Assembly (NCBI RefSeq): GCF_001194135.2
Contig: NC_068996.1
Location: 50,267,985 to 50,331,984, forward strand
DNA: 64,000 nucleotides
Origin: Octopus bimaculoides
Taxonomy: Eukaryota
Direction: 5' to 3'
Shown: in pieces, positions 11,100 to 24,881 of the stretch
Position numbering within the stretch: the first letter of the stretch is position 1
How the letters are laid out: the number at the start of each line of letters is the position of its first letter
The notes under the pieces: generated by a model
What the model saw: only the letters and a program-made list of their open reading frames with translations
Databases searched by the model: none
What the model was told of the DNA's origin: nothing
Made by a program: the position numbers and the translations under genes

Positions 11100-14000
11100 G
11101 CTGAGGTGGCGAGCTGGCAGAGGTCAAATTTGCCTTTCATTCTTTTCATCATCATCATCATCATTATCATTATCGTTTAATGTCTGCTTTCCATGCTGGC
11201 ATGGGTTTGACAGTTTGACTGAGGTCTGGAGAGCTAGGAGGCTGCACCAGGCTCTAATCCGATCTGGCAATGTTTCTACAGCTGGATGCCCTTCCTAATG
11301 CCAACCACTCTGAGAGTGTAGTGACTGCTTTTTATGTGCCACCAGCATGAGGGTCAGTTAGGCAGTACTAGCATCGGCCGGTTGGGAGGGGAGGGCGGTG
11401 TCGATGTCCCCTCATCCAAAATTTCAGGCCTTGTGCCTTTAGAAGAAAGGATTATTATTATTATTGCTTCTTTTTATCACAGGTTCTGTTGGAGTTCCTG
11501 GAGTCTTGCATGCGTAGCAGGCTTACTACCTGCAGCCTACGGTACCATGCTATCCATTCTTTCCAGCTATCTAATACTTTCCTGATTATTCTGGCTGTGC
11601 CAAGGAGGCAAACCTTTTGCAACAGTTCTACTGGGCACTCTTCCAATCTCCTTTATATTCCTCTTGATGCCCTCTGATACTGTTCCCAAGGACCCAACAA
11701 TAATTGGCACTATCTTCACCTTCTTCATTTTCCATATCCAGGCAATTTCATACTTAAGAGTGTTGTATCCATCTATCTTTTCACCTTCCTTCATGATTAT
11801 TCATGGGTCAAGGGGGTGAGGGACATATGCAACATCAACTACATAGCATATGTCATGCACCTTGTCCACCACCACTAGGTCCTGTCTCTTATGCTCTGGC
11901 ACCTGATCTGTTTGAATTGGAAAATCCCAGAGGATTTTGCTAGTCCCTGATCCCCATATCACAGAATGTACTGGGTGTTTTTCCTCATGGCACCAGCACT
12001 GGTGAGGTCACCAAGCATCCACAAGAGAAGACCCCTTAACCGAGTGGGTTATAGTGTTGAAGTGGGTGAAAATAAATTAGGGGGACAGGAACAGGTGTCT
12101 TGCTGAGGAAGTGAACCAACCAGGAAGAGAGAGAGACTGTGAGATGGTGAGGATATGCTTTCAAGGTGTGAGGGGGGGATATGTGGGGGAGAGAGAGAGA
12201 GAACAGGGATAGAGGAGCAGAAAAGGTGGGTGGGTAGTTAAGTGTACCAAGGTGTGAAAAGTGTGCAAAACATGCAAAAGGAGGCATTTGTAAAATGTCA
12301 TTCAGTGAAAGGTGAGATAAGAAAAGGTTAAGAACCATTGTTCTAAAGAGATGCCTTTCAAACAACAACAGCAACAACAACAACAGCAGTAACAACAATA
12401 ACAACAGTGACAGCAGCAGCAACAACAATTAAAACACTATCAGCAACAGACAGACCAACAGCAGAAGCAACAATTCTAAAAAGTCTAAAAAGACAGTAGA
12501 GACCTGTTTTCCTTTCACTGTTTGAGTTCAAGTTATCGTTGGATATATGTAAATCTTGTAAGATTGGTTCATCTAATGTCTGTATTATTTCATCTTCATG
12601 TCCCCGTTCGTCATCAGACCTAAAAATTGAATTCAACATTTGTTAGAAATGTTTCCACATTTAGGAAATAAAATAAGTTATTGTATTTACAATGTTTAGG
12701 AAATAGCAACCTGAATTTAAAAAAAGGAAGAAAGAAAAGAGATTAAAAGAAAAGGGAAAAATTCCCCTTTTGGATTTTTTAATATTCAATATTCATCATC
12801 ATCATCATCATCATCACTATCACCATCACCATCATCATCATCATCATTTAACGTCTGTTTTCTATGCTGGCATGAGTTGGATGGTTTGACAGAAAACTGG
12901 TAATCTGGGGAGCTGCACCAGGTTCCAGTCTGATTTGGCAAGGCTTCTACAGCTGGATGCCCTTCCTAATGCCAACCACTCCAGGAGAGTAGTGGGTGCT
13001 TTTTATGTGCCAGTTACAAAACACCAGCATTGGCCACGACTGCGCTCTCACTTGGCTTAATAAGTCTTCAGAAGCACAGCATATCGCCAAAGGTCTCCGT
13101 CACCTGTCACTGCCTCTGTGAGGTCCAAAATTCAAAGGGTGCTTTTTATGTGCCACTGGTACAGGTGCCAGATAATATTAGCATGTCAGACATTTCATCC
13201 ATCTGTATGTTCTGGATTCAAATTCTGCTGAGGTCGACTTTGCCTTTCATCCTTTTGGGGTCGATTAAATAAATACCAATTGAAGACTGGCGTTTATGTA
13301 ATTGACTTACCCCTCCCCTGAAATTGCTAGCTTTGTGCCAATATTTGAAACTAATATTATAATAACATCTTTGATACAAATCTATTTGAGAAAGCTGCTG
13401 GTTCCATAATAGAAGCTTCTCATTTTGACCCTTGCTTCAATATCAATAATGTTGCACTGATGCAGTGTTTCACTGTTTCTAATATTACTTTGCCACTCAA
13501 TATTGCACATTGTGCACAGACATTGCATGTGAAACAAGTCGAGTTGGTTTATATGCTGATGATAACAGTTCCAAGTTTCAGCACAATATAATAGGGCTGA
13601 GAGAACAACTGACTCATAGACATGCCAAAGAACAACACGGTGGTGTACTGGACCGGATTAGCATAGAAATCCTGTCTAGACACCCTGATGATGCATCGTT
13701 ATGGCAAATACAAGAATCAGTCCTCAGAACGGAAACACGACCAATTTTGAATAGCAAGTACACGTAGATAAAAGCCTTACAATTACCCATGGTTGCAGAT
13801 GTTGTTCACACATAAAATACAGAACGTGAACGTAAATAAAAAAGATGCGTTTACGAAGAAAACAGAAAATAACAGAAAGGAAACCAAAACCAAGTCCAAA
13901 GTCTCTATCTTATCTGATATGAACGAAATTGTTACAAACACACATATGGACGCACATACTTACATATAAGCACGAACACATAAGTGCATGCACACATATG

Positions 14001-14633
14001 AGCGTGCACACATACAAGCGTGCACACACTCACATGCTCATACCGAACAGTTTCAAAACAATGCTAAATCATACTTTCAAAATAAATGGAAGTGGAGAGA
14101 CAAGTTACTGAAGAGATTGCAAGAGTGCAATGAAATAATTTAACAAAAAACTAAATACTATTTATAAATTAATAAAGGACTGAACCAGTGCGTGTGTTTA
14201 TTACTGGCATAATGCCTCTTCCAAGGTTTAATTGTAATTCTTTCAACACACGTATCCACATCAAGAATCTTGCACACGAAATACACATACAAGATATTGC
14301 TTACATCTGTCAGTTTGAACTTCAGTAGGTTGACATCAGCAGAGAAAAATCTGAGGAAGACTGGAAATTGCAGAGGAATTAATAATTGGGACAGTGTCTG
14401 GTAAAGAGTCAATCGAATGACACAAAGATGGTGCACAACCAACTAGCTAATTCAGAGGAACAGAGGCCATTGCACTAGGGGTGGGGGTGGGAGGAGGTTA
14501 GAGGATTCAGGAGAGAAGAAACAGATAAATAACTTACTTTATGTATTTTGTTCTGTCTCCTTCTTCACCTGATAAATTGGAAATATCCAATCCAGGAAGA
14601 GGGATACCCACATCTCTATGGTCTGAAACAAGA

Positions 14634-14669
<36 letters not shown>

Positions 14670-16285
14670 ATTGCAGTAAAAAATGCAAGTGAAGGCACGG
14701 TGCAAGTCGGTTACCAATCATTAGCTGACAGTGGATGACATACACAGTTGGACACAAGAGAAAATGCTTTTGGGTTGGAGTTTTTGCTAATTAAGTTGGT
14801 AATTCGACAGAGTTGATAGAACATTGGACAGAAGAATGCTTTGAGGTATTTGTTCTGGATCCCTGTACTCTAGGTTCAAATCCTGTCAGGACAACCACAC
14901 TAATACCAGTGCATGAAAAAAGCAGCCAATACACTGTGTAAAGTGGTAGGAGAAATGAGTGTAGTTGAGAGGGTACTTTAGTCTTACTGAGGACATGACA
15001 ACTCTTCTGATGCTGGTGCCATGAAAAATGCACCCAGTATATTCTATAGGGGTTAGGAATGGCATTCAGATGAAAATATTTAAGTAAGACAGGGTCCTCC
15101 AGCCTGTCAGATCCTGTTGGACCATTCAGCACATGCTGTTGTTGTTGTTATTATTATTGTTATTATTATTATTATTATTATATGAGTTCTTAACTTTTGT
15201 ATATGTATACAAAAGTTAAGAACTCATCTTTCTATATATTACATTTCTGCTGAGTTTATAGTCCTCTCTATTATCATTATTATTATCATTATTATTATTA
15301 TTATTATTATCATTAAGGTGGTGAGCTGGCAGAATCATTGGCACGCTGGGCAAAATTCTTCGTGGCATTTCATCTGTCGCTACATTCTGAGTTTAAATTC
15401 CACTGAGGCTGACTTTGCCTTCCATCCTTTTGGGGGTCGATAAATTAAGTGCCAGTGAAAGACTGCAGTTGATGGAATTGACTAATCCCCTCTCACCAAA
15501 TTTCAGGCATGGTGCCTTTAGTAGAGAGGGTCGTTGGTGGCGGTGGCGCTACCTTCACCACCACTACCATTGTGTTCTTTCTGAAATATCAAGAGGTACA
15601 GGAGTGACTGTGTGATAAGTAGCTCATTTACCAACCACATGGTTCTGGGTTCAGTCACACTGCATGGCACCTAGGGCAAGTGTCTTCTACTATATTTTCA
15701 GGCCGACCAAAGCCTTGTGAGTGGATTTGGTAGACAGAAGCCCATCGTATATAAGATGTGTGTGCATGTGTGTGTGTGTGTGTTTGTGTTTGTCCCCCCA
15801 CCATTGCTTAACAACAGATATTGGTGTATTTACATCCCCGTAACTTAGCGGTTTGGCAAAATAGACCGACAGAATAAGTATTAGGCTTATAAAGAATAAG
15901 TCCTGGGGCTGAATTGAACAACTAAAGACGGTGCTCCAGCATGGCCACAGTCAAATGACTGAAATAAATACAAAAATAAAAGAATAAAAAGGTATTTATG
16001 AGTGAGAGTTATTAGCTGTGTTAAGAGCCAAACCAAGTGATTATTTATTCAAGAGATGAGGATGTTTGCTTTATTTCATGGATAATACTGACTGTGATTG
16101 TACAACTCACCTTTTCTGCGAGCTGATTGGTAAAGCTTCTTGCGAGGTGTTGATGACAAAGTTTTCAGAGATTGACAGTCAGGTGTTAAAACATCATCAG
16201 AGTCTGAGTTGGAGTCTATAGAGAGAGAAAATGGTTTTTCATATATATAAGCATATATATATATATATTATATATACACGTGTGT

Positions 16286-16324
<39 letters not shown>

Positions 16325-17300
16325 GTATGTATGGATATGTCAGTTTCCCAACCCATGCCAACAAGGAAAATGAAAATAAAATGATGAAGATAATGATGGT
16401 AGTGACGAGTTTCGTGGAAATTTACAAGAAATTATAGAAACGATCAAAAACACACACATACATACATAAACAGACACATACATAAATACACACACATTAT
16501 GTTTATTATGGACTTCCAGTAATGCATGCGCAATGATATACACTGACTGGTTGGAGTTTGCTGTTCCATACCTACACACATGTGACTCACCGACTTTGTT
16601 TCTTTATAACTTTCAGAAAAAGGGATATTTTAAAAATAAAATTGTCTACAAAAATGCTTCAGATGGTATTGATTCTGATTGCATCAGAATTTGCTTTGAA
16701 ATAAAAAAAAAAAAAAAAAAAATGTTTGTCAGTATGTATGTGTGTTATTCCACAAGTTTTTATTTTCATATTAGATGCTGATACAATCGTATTTTACACA
16801 CTCTGAAAAGTATTTGTCAAAATTTTCATTTAAAAATACCTATTTTTCGGAAAGTTATAAAGAAACAAAGCTGAATCCCCACTCTCCTGGAAACATTCCT
16901 TTTTCACAATAAATTTAGATATAATCAAAACCTATGCCATCTGAAATATATTTGTAGAAAATTTCATTAAAAAATATCCATTTTTCTGTAAGTCATGAAG
17001 AAACAAAGTTGGTGGGGCACATTTGTGTAGGTATGCCCATAATTTACATATCAGCTTGTTTTGCTTCACTTGCATTTTGTATATAGCAATATCTAATTAT
17101 ATAACTGCATGTTATATCTAAACAAAGAATATACTTCTTTCATTCAGTTTTGTATCAAAAGGTGACAATAATATGAATGAGATAGGCTCAGTTTTTCATG
17201 GTACATAAACGAAAATAGGATAACAGTATTTACAATGATACTGTGTTTAGTAAATGAATACTAACTGTATTAAAAATGCATCGTAGTGTGTATGTACATT

Positions 17301-17331
<31 letters not shown>

Positions 17332-18797
17332 TATAAAATTTACTGGCTGTAATTAGGTATTAATTTTTCATTGTTTTATAAATTTTGTGTGGCTATTTGA
17401 GTTATATTTTTTTAGCTCTCATTTCTAGCAATTACAGATGCTATTTTGCACCCTTATCTATGCATTCTATCTTTTTGGTTTTTTAATTGCTTTAGCCACC
17501 TATATTATAATGTATTTATTATATCGTAATATATTACTTTATCATTATATCTTTATCATTCCAAAGATACTCTATTTGAGATTCTTCAAACGCAAACATG
17601 CACGCACTTCTGAGTGCATCTACAAAAGAATACATGTACAAAGTAATCATACAAAAATGCCCGATGTCAAATAAGTCAGCATTGAATCCATGGCACCATA
17701 CCGTCTCTAGCCTTATAGAAATGGAAGATGATACGATAAAATCGTTACAAGGAAAACCAAGAAGGAAATGAGGAGAAAAAAAAAAGAAAGAAACTTGTAA
17801 AATTTTCTTTATGTTATGAATAAAAAGTTTTGAATGGTACAACAATGCACTATAATACAAAAATTGGACTATATACCTGTTGTAATTTAGTTACCTATAG
17901 TCCGATGATATTTCAGAATACAATTCCTTCTTCAGATATTCTTAGATGGAGTCTCTGCTATAATCTGTTTTCCAAAGGAAGAAAACCGTTGGAAAACAGT
18001 TTATAGCAGAGACTCCATCTAAGAATATCTGAAGAAGGAATTGTATTCTGAAATATCATCGGACTATAGGTAACCAAATTACAACAGGTATATAGTCCAA
18101 TTTTTGTATTATAGTGCATTGTTGTACCATTCAAAACTTTTTATTCTTTATAAACGATACACAATGCTTCAAGTGAACTACAATACTCTCCTATCTTTAT
18201 GTTACGTACAGGTAACCATACTTTACCTGAACATGAATGAATTACTTTTTTCTTCTTAAGAATATTCCTTGAATTGTCAGTTTTCTTTTTTTCCACTTTA
18301 ACTGATGGAGGGCTTATAGGATCCAAATTTGGATATCTACACAATTGGCTGCGAAAATGTTGGAAGCCGTGTTTTAAGTTCTGGAAAGATAACAGTAGAA
18401 AAAAAAAAGTTACCATGTCTCATAACTGCTGTTTTCAGCCATTTCACAATGAAAATTCACCCTTTTAATGCCAGTCTGTCTGGGACCCTCCTTTCGATAA
18501 TACAAACTTAGTCTTTTGAAGTGATCTGAATTAAAAGCTTCCATCAAAATTTGATGTTAATTTATTTCTGATAACAGCTTAGAAGTCACCAAGTCATTTT
18601 ACTATATTCTTGACCGTAAGTGCAGATGTGGCAGTGTGGTAAGAAGTTTGCTTTTCAACCATATGGTTCTGAGTTCAGTCCCACTGTGTGGCACCTTGAA
18701 CAAGTGTTTTCTACTATAGCCTTGGGCCAACCAAAGCCTTGTGAGTGGATTTGGAAGGACAAACACAAACAGACACACACATATATATGTGTGTGTG

Positions 18798-18850
<53 letters not shown>

Positions 18851-18860
18851 NNNNNNNNNN

Positions 18861-18910
<50 letters not shown>

Positions 18911-21900
18911 ACAAGCTTCTTTCAGTTTCCATCTACCAAATCCAGTCACAAGGCTTTGCTCAACCTGAGGCTACAGTAGAAGACACTTGGCCAAAGTGCC
19001 ATGCAGTGGGACTGAACCCAGAACCATGTGGGTGGTAAGCAAGCTACTTCCCACACAACCACTCCTGCGTCTATGGTACTGACGTTATTTCTGACAGTTA
19101 ACACTCAGCTGTGAACAGGTAGCTCTGCAATGGAAGGGTATCCCAATCAGGGGTGAATGTCTGCCTGTTTGTCTAGCCAGTAAGGTAGCATTATTCAAAG
19201 GCTAAAATGATGCAAAGCGCATTGTGACCAGTGATGTGTAACAACATCTGATAGCCTGGTTGGTCAAACATATATCAGAAAAGAAGCACACTCTAAAGAA
19301 TAGAGCAGTAATTATTAAAACAAAAAGTTAAATTCTGGACATCAAGTTACCAATGGTTTCATGTCCACAAAAGCCACAGCCTTGTGGATAGCGCATCAGA
19401 CTCTATACAAAGACAAAACTTAACTTTCTACCTTATGGATGAGAGGAAATGCTAGGATAACAAGATTTAATGGCTAATGTGTAAAAACTCGAATGAGGAT
19501 GGTTTATCTCCCTTGGACCAGGGGATATAAGAAAAACCTTCACAGACTCATAATAGCCTAACCAGCAAACAGGGAGAACCAATTTTCCTGTAGGTAGTGC
19601 TTGAAATGGATACAATTAGAGAAAATTTCAGGTTTAGTATAGTCCTTAAGAATTTTGGTTCTCTCTGCAATGCAGATTTTGCAACAACCACTCCCATTAA
19701 TGTATGGGCCTGGATGTTCTATTATTTTCCGCCTGATATCATCATATGGAGTCCCTTGATCTTTGAAGTGCCACACATGGCTGGTTAGGGATGTGACAAA
19801 ATATCTTTCTGGGACTCTGAAGGATGATTGGTGGCTATGGTGTCAGCAACAGTGTTACAAACAGCACCCCAAGGCCTGGAGCCTACCAGAGATATACCAG
19901 GAGTGCAAATATAGCCACCCCTCAAGTTTGTAAATATATCTGATCAGCCAGTACATCTTTCAAACAACACTTCCGTAATATCATGTGATATCAAGTGGAA
20001 AATAGTACAACATCCAGGCCCATTTGTTAATGGGAGTGGTTGCTGCAAAATCTGCACTGCGGAGAGAACCAAAATCCTTTAGAACTATACTAAACCTGGC
20101 GCATTAAATAGTCGTAGAGAAATTTTCTCTAAATGTGTCCATTTCAAGCACTATCTACTGGAAAATTGGTTTCCCCATTTGCTGGTTAGGCTATTACGAG
20201 GCTGTAAAGGATTTTTAATACCCTGGTCCAAGGGAGATAAACCGTCCTCGTTAACGTTTTTATATGTTAGCCATTAAATCTTGTTATCCTAGCATCCCCT
20301 CCGCTTGGTAGAAAGTTAAATTTTGTCTTTGTATAGAGTCTGATGAGCTGTCCACAAGGCTATACATGCACTAGTTTACCTTTAGTATTCAAGTACTATT
20401 TTCTCTACCTTGTTTTGCACTTATCTACTCACACATAGGTGCAATCATGGCTGTGTGTTGAGAAGTTTGCCTCGCAATCACATAGTTCCAGGTTCAGTCC
20501 CACTGTGTAGTACCTTGGACAAGTGTCTTCTACTATAGCCTTGTGTTGACCAAAGCGTTGTCAGTGGATTTGGTAGACAGAAACTGTCATGTATATATAT
20601 ATATTTATTTATTTGTTTCAGTCATTTTGACTGTGGCCATGCTGGAGCACCGCCTTTTAGTCGAGCAAATCGACCCCCAGGACTTATTCTTTGTAAGCCT
20701 AGTACTTATTCTATCGGTCTCATTTGCCGAACCGCTAAGTTACAGGGTGGGGGGAACAAACACAGACACACAAACATATACACACACATACATACATATA
20801 TACAATGGGCTTCTTTCAGTTTCCATCTACCAAATCCACCCACAAGGCTTTGGTTGGCCTGAGGCTTTAGTATAAGACCCTTGCCCAAGGTGCAAGTGTC
20901 TTCTACTAAAGCCTCAGGTTGGTAAGCAAACTACTTATCTCACAGCCACCCCTGTACCTACACACACACACACACACACAGGTGCAGTCATGGCTGTGTG
21001 TTGAGAAGTCTACCTTGCAATCACATAGTTCCAGGTTCAGTGCCACAGCATGGTACCTTGGACAAGTGTCTTCTACTATAGCCTTGCATCAACCATGTAT
21101 ATATATATAAATAATGTGTGTGTGTGTGTGTGTGTAAGTTTGTGTCTGTGTTTGTCCACCACCACTGCTTGATGACTGGTGTTGGTGTGTTTATGTCCCC
21201 ATAACCTAGCGGTTTGGCAAAAATAAATACCATGCTTTACAAAAAATAGTAAGTACTAGGGCTGATTCATACAACTAAAGATTCTTCAAGGTGGTGCCCC
21301 AGCATGGCCACAGTCTAATGACTGAAACAAGTAAAAGGCAAGAGAAACGAGTTTTTAAATCATTCTACAAGATTACGGTAACATTGTTGAACCAAGTGAA
21401 ATCGTAGTCGTGACTAATGCCAGTGCCACCTGACTGGTACCCATGCTGGTAGCACGTGAAAAGCACCATTTGAGCATGGCTGATGCTAGTGTCGGCTGAC
21501 TGGCATTTATGCTGATGGCACGTAATATGCACCATTCAAGTGTGGTTGACACCAGTGCTGCCTGACCGTCCCCCATACTGGTGGTACATAAAAAGCACCA
21601 TTTGAGCATGGTCGATGCCAGTGCCACCTGACTGGCACCCATGCCGGTGACATGTAAAAAGCACCATTTGAATCTGGCTGATGCCAGCGCCGCCTAACTG
21701 GCACTTGTGCTGGTGGCAGGTAAAAACACCCGCTACACTCTCGGAGTGGTTGGTGTTAAGAAGGGCATCCAGCTGTAGAAACCTTGCTGGTTCTCAGTCA
21801 AACTGTCCAACCCATGCCAGCATAGAAAGTGGATGTTAAAAGATGATGATGATGATGATGATGATGATGATATTTAAAAAAAAAAGAGAAAACGAAAAAG

Positions 21901-22301
21901 AAAGCATGTAAAACGATTACTTACCTTTGTATCTTTCTCAAGCATTTCACTTTGGTATTTTGTGTCCCTAATAACTCTAGAAGTATCATCAGTGAGTAAA
22001 TAGTTGCCTTCAGAAAAATCAGTCTCATCAAAGACATTATTTCCTGGCTGTCGTGTGTGGTGATACTGAACTGCATCAGAGCATTCACTGTTACAAATGC
22101 ATTCGCTTTGGCAGTCAACCAATGATTGTATGCCTTTGCGGGAAGGCGGCTCTTCATGATAACCACCATGCAAAAGCACTGGTTTATTACAAGGTATTTC
22201 ACTGTTTGCATCAGACCTAAGACAATGAGAGCAAATAATTACATATCATTTATCTTATAGCTTTGTGTTTTGCATATATACAAAAATATACACATGTATA
22301 T

Positions 22302-22346
<45 letters not shown>

Positions 22347-24680
22347 NNNNNNNNNNNNNNNNNNNNNNNNNNNNNNNNNNNNNNNNNNNNNNNNNNNNNN
22401 NNNNNNNNNNNNNNNNNNNNNNNNNNNNNNNNNNNNNNNNNNNNNNNNNNNNNNNNNNNNNNNNNNNNNNNNNNNNNNNNNNNNNNNNNNNNNNNNNNNN
22501 NNNNNNNNNNNNNNNNNNNNNNNNNNNNNNNNNNNNNNNNNNNNNNNNNNNNNNNNNNNNNNNNNNNNNNNNNNNNNNNNNNNNNNNNNNNNNNNNNNNN
22601 NNNNNNNNNNNNNNNNNNNNNNNNNNNNNNNNNNNNNNNNNNNNNNNNNNNNNNNNNNNNNNNNNNNNNNNNNNNNNNNNNNNNNNNNNNNNNNNNNNNN
22701 NNNNNNNNNNNNNNNNNNNNNNNNATATATATATATATACTTTTCTACTCTAGGCACAAGGCCCGAAATTTTGGGGGAGGGGGCCACTCAAACAGATTGA
22801 CCCCAGTACGCAACTGGTAACTCATTTATCGACTCTGAAAGGATGAAAGGCAAAGTCAACCTCAGCAGAATTTGAACTCAGAATGTAGTGGCAGATGAAA
22901 TACTGCTAAGCATTTCGCCCGCTGTGCCATCATTTCTGCCAACTCACTGCCTTAAATAAATATATACATATATCATCATATTCCCGTCAATATCAGCTAA
23001 CACTCCATTGTATTCTTTATGCGAAACCAATTGGTAAGATCACACACACACACACACATCATATATATATATATATATATAATACAAAGAATATATATAC
23101 ATGTATACACACATATATGTACATACTTACATCTACATGTGTATATACATGCATATCAGGGTACAGGACGTTAGAACAATAAACTACAGACAACGGAACG
23201 AACATATAGGAAAACGGAAAGCCACTTGGAATATCCCTTCATCAGCTGTCTCTATTCTATCTAGACGTTTCGAAGACCAGACAGGACGTACTCTAGAATA
23301 GTCTCTTCCTGAGTAGTGGATCAACCAACTACACAGAGGATTCCAAGGTGGCAAACACAAACCAAGACAGGAAAAAATGGACAGTGAAAACCATATATAT
23401 ATATATACATATAAGTATATATATATCATATATATATATACATATATATGTTGGCGTTAGGAAGGGCATCCAGCTGTAGAAACTCTGCCAAATTAGATTG
23501 GAGCCTGGTGTTGCCATCCGGTTTCACCAGTCCTCAGTCAAATCGTCCAACCCATGCTAGCATGGAAAGCGGACGTTAAACGATGATGATGATGATGATA
23601 CATATATATATATANNNNNNNNNNNNNNNNNNNNNNNNNNNNNNNNNNNNNNNNNNNNNNNNNNNNNNNNNNNNNNNNNNNNNNNNNNNNNNNNNNNNNN
23701 NNNNNNNNNNNNNNNNNNNNNNNNNNNNNNNNNNNNNNNNNNNNNNNNNNNNNNNNNNNNNNNNNNNNNNNNNNNNNNNNNNNNNNNNNNNNNNNNNNNN
23801 NNNNNNNNNNNNNNNNNNNNNNNNNNNNNNNNNNNNNNNNNNNNNNNNNNNNNNNNNNNNNNNNNNNNNNNNNNNNNNNNNNNNNNNNNNNNNNNNNNNN
23901 NNNNNNNNNNNNNNNNNNNNNNNNNNNNNNNNNNNNNNNNNNNNNNNNNNNNNNNNNNNNNNNNNNNNNNNNNNNNNNNNNNNNNNNNNNNNNNNNNNNN
24001 NNNNNNNNNNNNNNNNNNNNNNNNNNNNNNNNNNNNNNNNNNNNNNNNNNNNNNNNNNNNNNNNNNNNNNNNNNNNNNNNNNNNNNNNNNNNNNNNNNNN
24101 NNNNNNNNNNNNNNNNNNNNNNNNNNNNNNNNNNNNNNNNNNNNNNNNNNNNNNNNNNNNNNNNNNNNNNNNNNNNNNNNNNNNNNNNNNNNNNNNNNNN
24201 NNNNNNNNNNNNNNNNNNNNNNNNNNNNNNNNNNNNNNNNNNNNNNNNNGGATTGCAGCAATGTGAAATGAAGTGTTTTGCTCAAGAACACAATGCACAG
24301 CCAGCCTGGGAATTGAAACCACGATCTCATGACTATAAGTGCAACGTGTCTAACCACTAGGCCACACGTGCCTTCACACCTAAAAATATACTTACCTAAA
24401 ATATACTTTCTCAGCTTTCCGGGTTATTTCTTGATGCAATGCTGAAAAAAAAAAGACAAAAAAAAAAGAAAAAGAAAAAGATAAAAAAACGTAACAATAA
24501 TAATAATTGACACAAGACCAGCAATTTTAAGAGGAAGGGGCAAGTTGATTACATCGACCCCGAAAGGATGAAAGGCAAAATTAACCTTGGAGGGATTTGA
24601 ACTTGTAAAAAGAATTGGAGGAAATGTGGCTAAGCATCTTACCCAACTACCAAATGATTCTACCAATTCACTGCCTTTGA

Positions 24681-24722
<42 letters not shown>

Positions 24723-24806
24723 TGGTAGCGGTAGTAGTAGTAGTAGTAGTAGTATAGTCGTAGTAGTAGTAGTAGAGTCGTAGTAGTAGTAGTAGTAGTA
24801 GTAGTC

Positions 24807-24843
<37 letters not shown>

Positions 24844-24847
24844 AGTT

Positions 24848-24881
<34 letters not shown>

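Noticed and set aside
17438-17790. Plus-strand short ORFs next to the 158-bp hairpin (IIPKILYLRFFKRK...)
   Set aside because: Faintly like a PLE ORF N-terminus but short, AT-rich and interrupted; I cannot support a call without a search.
23235-23250. Second CTGATGA on the minus strand
   Set aside because: No downstream GAAA or stem II partner, so it is not counted as a hammerhead.
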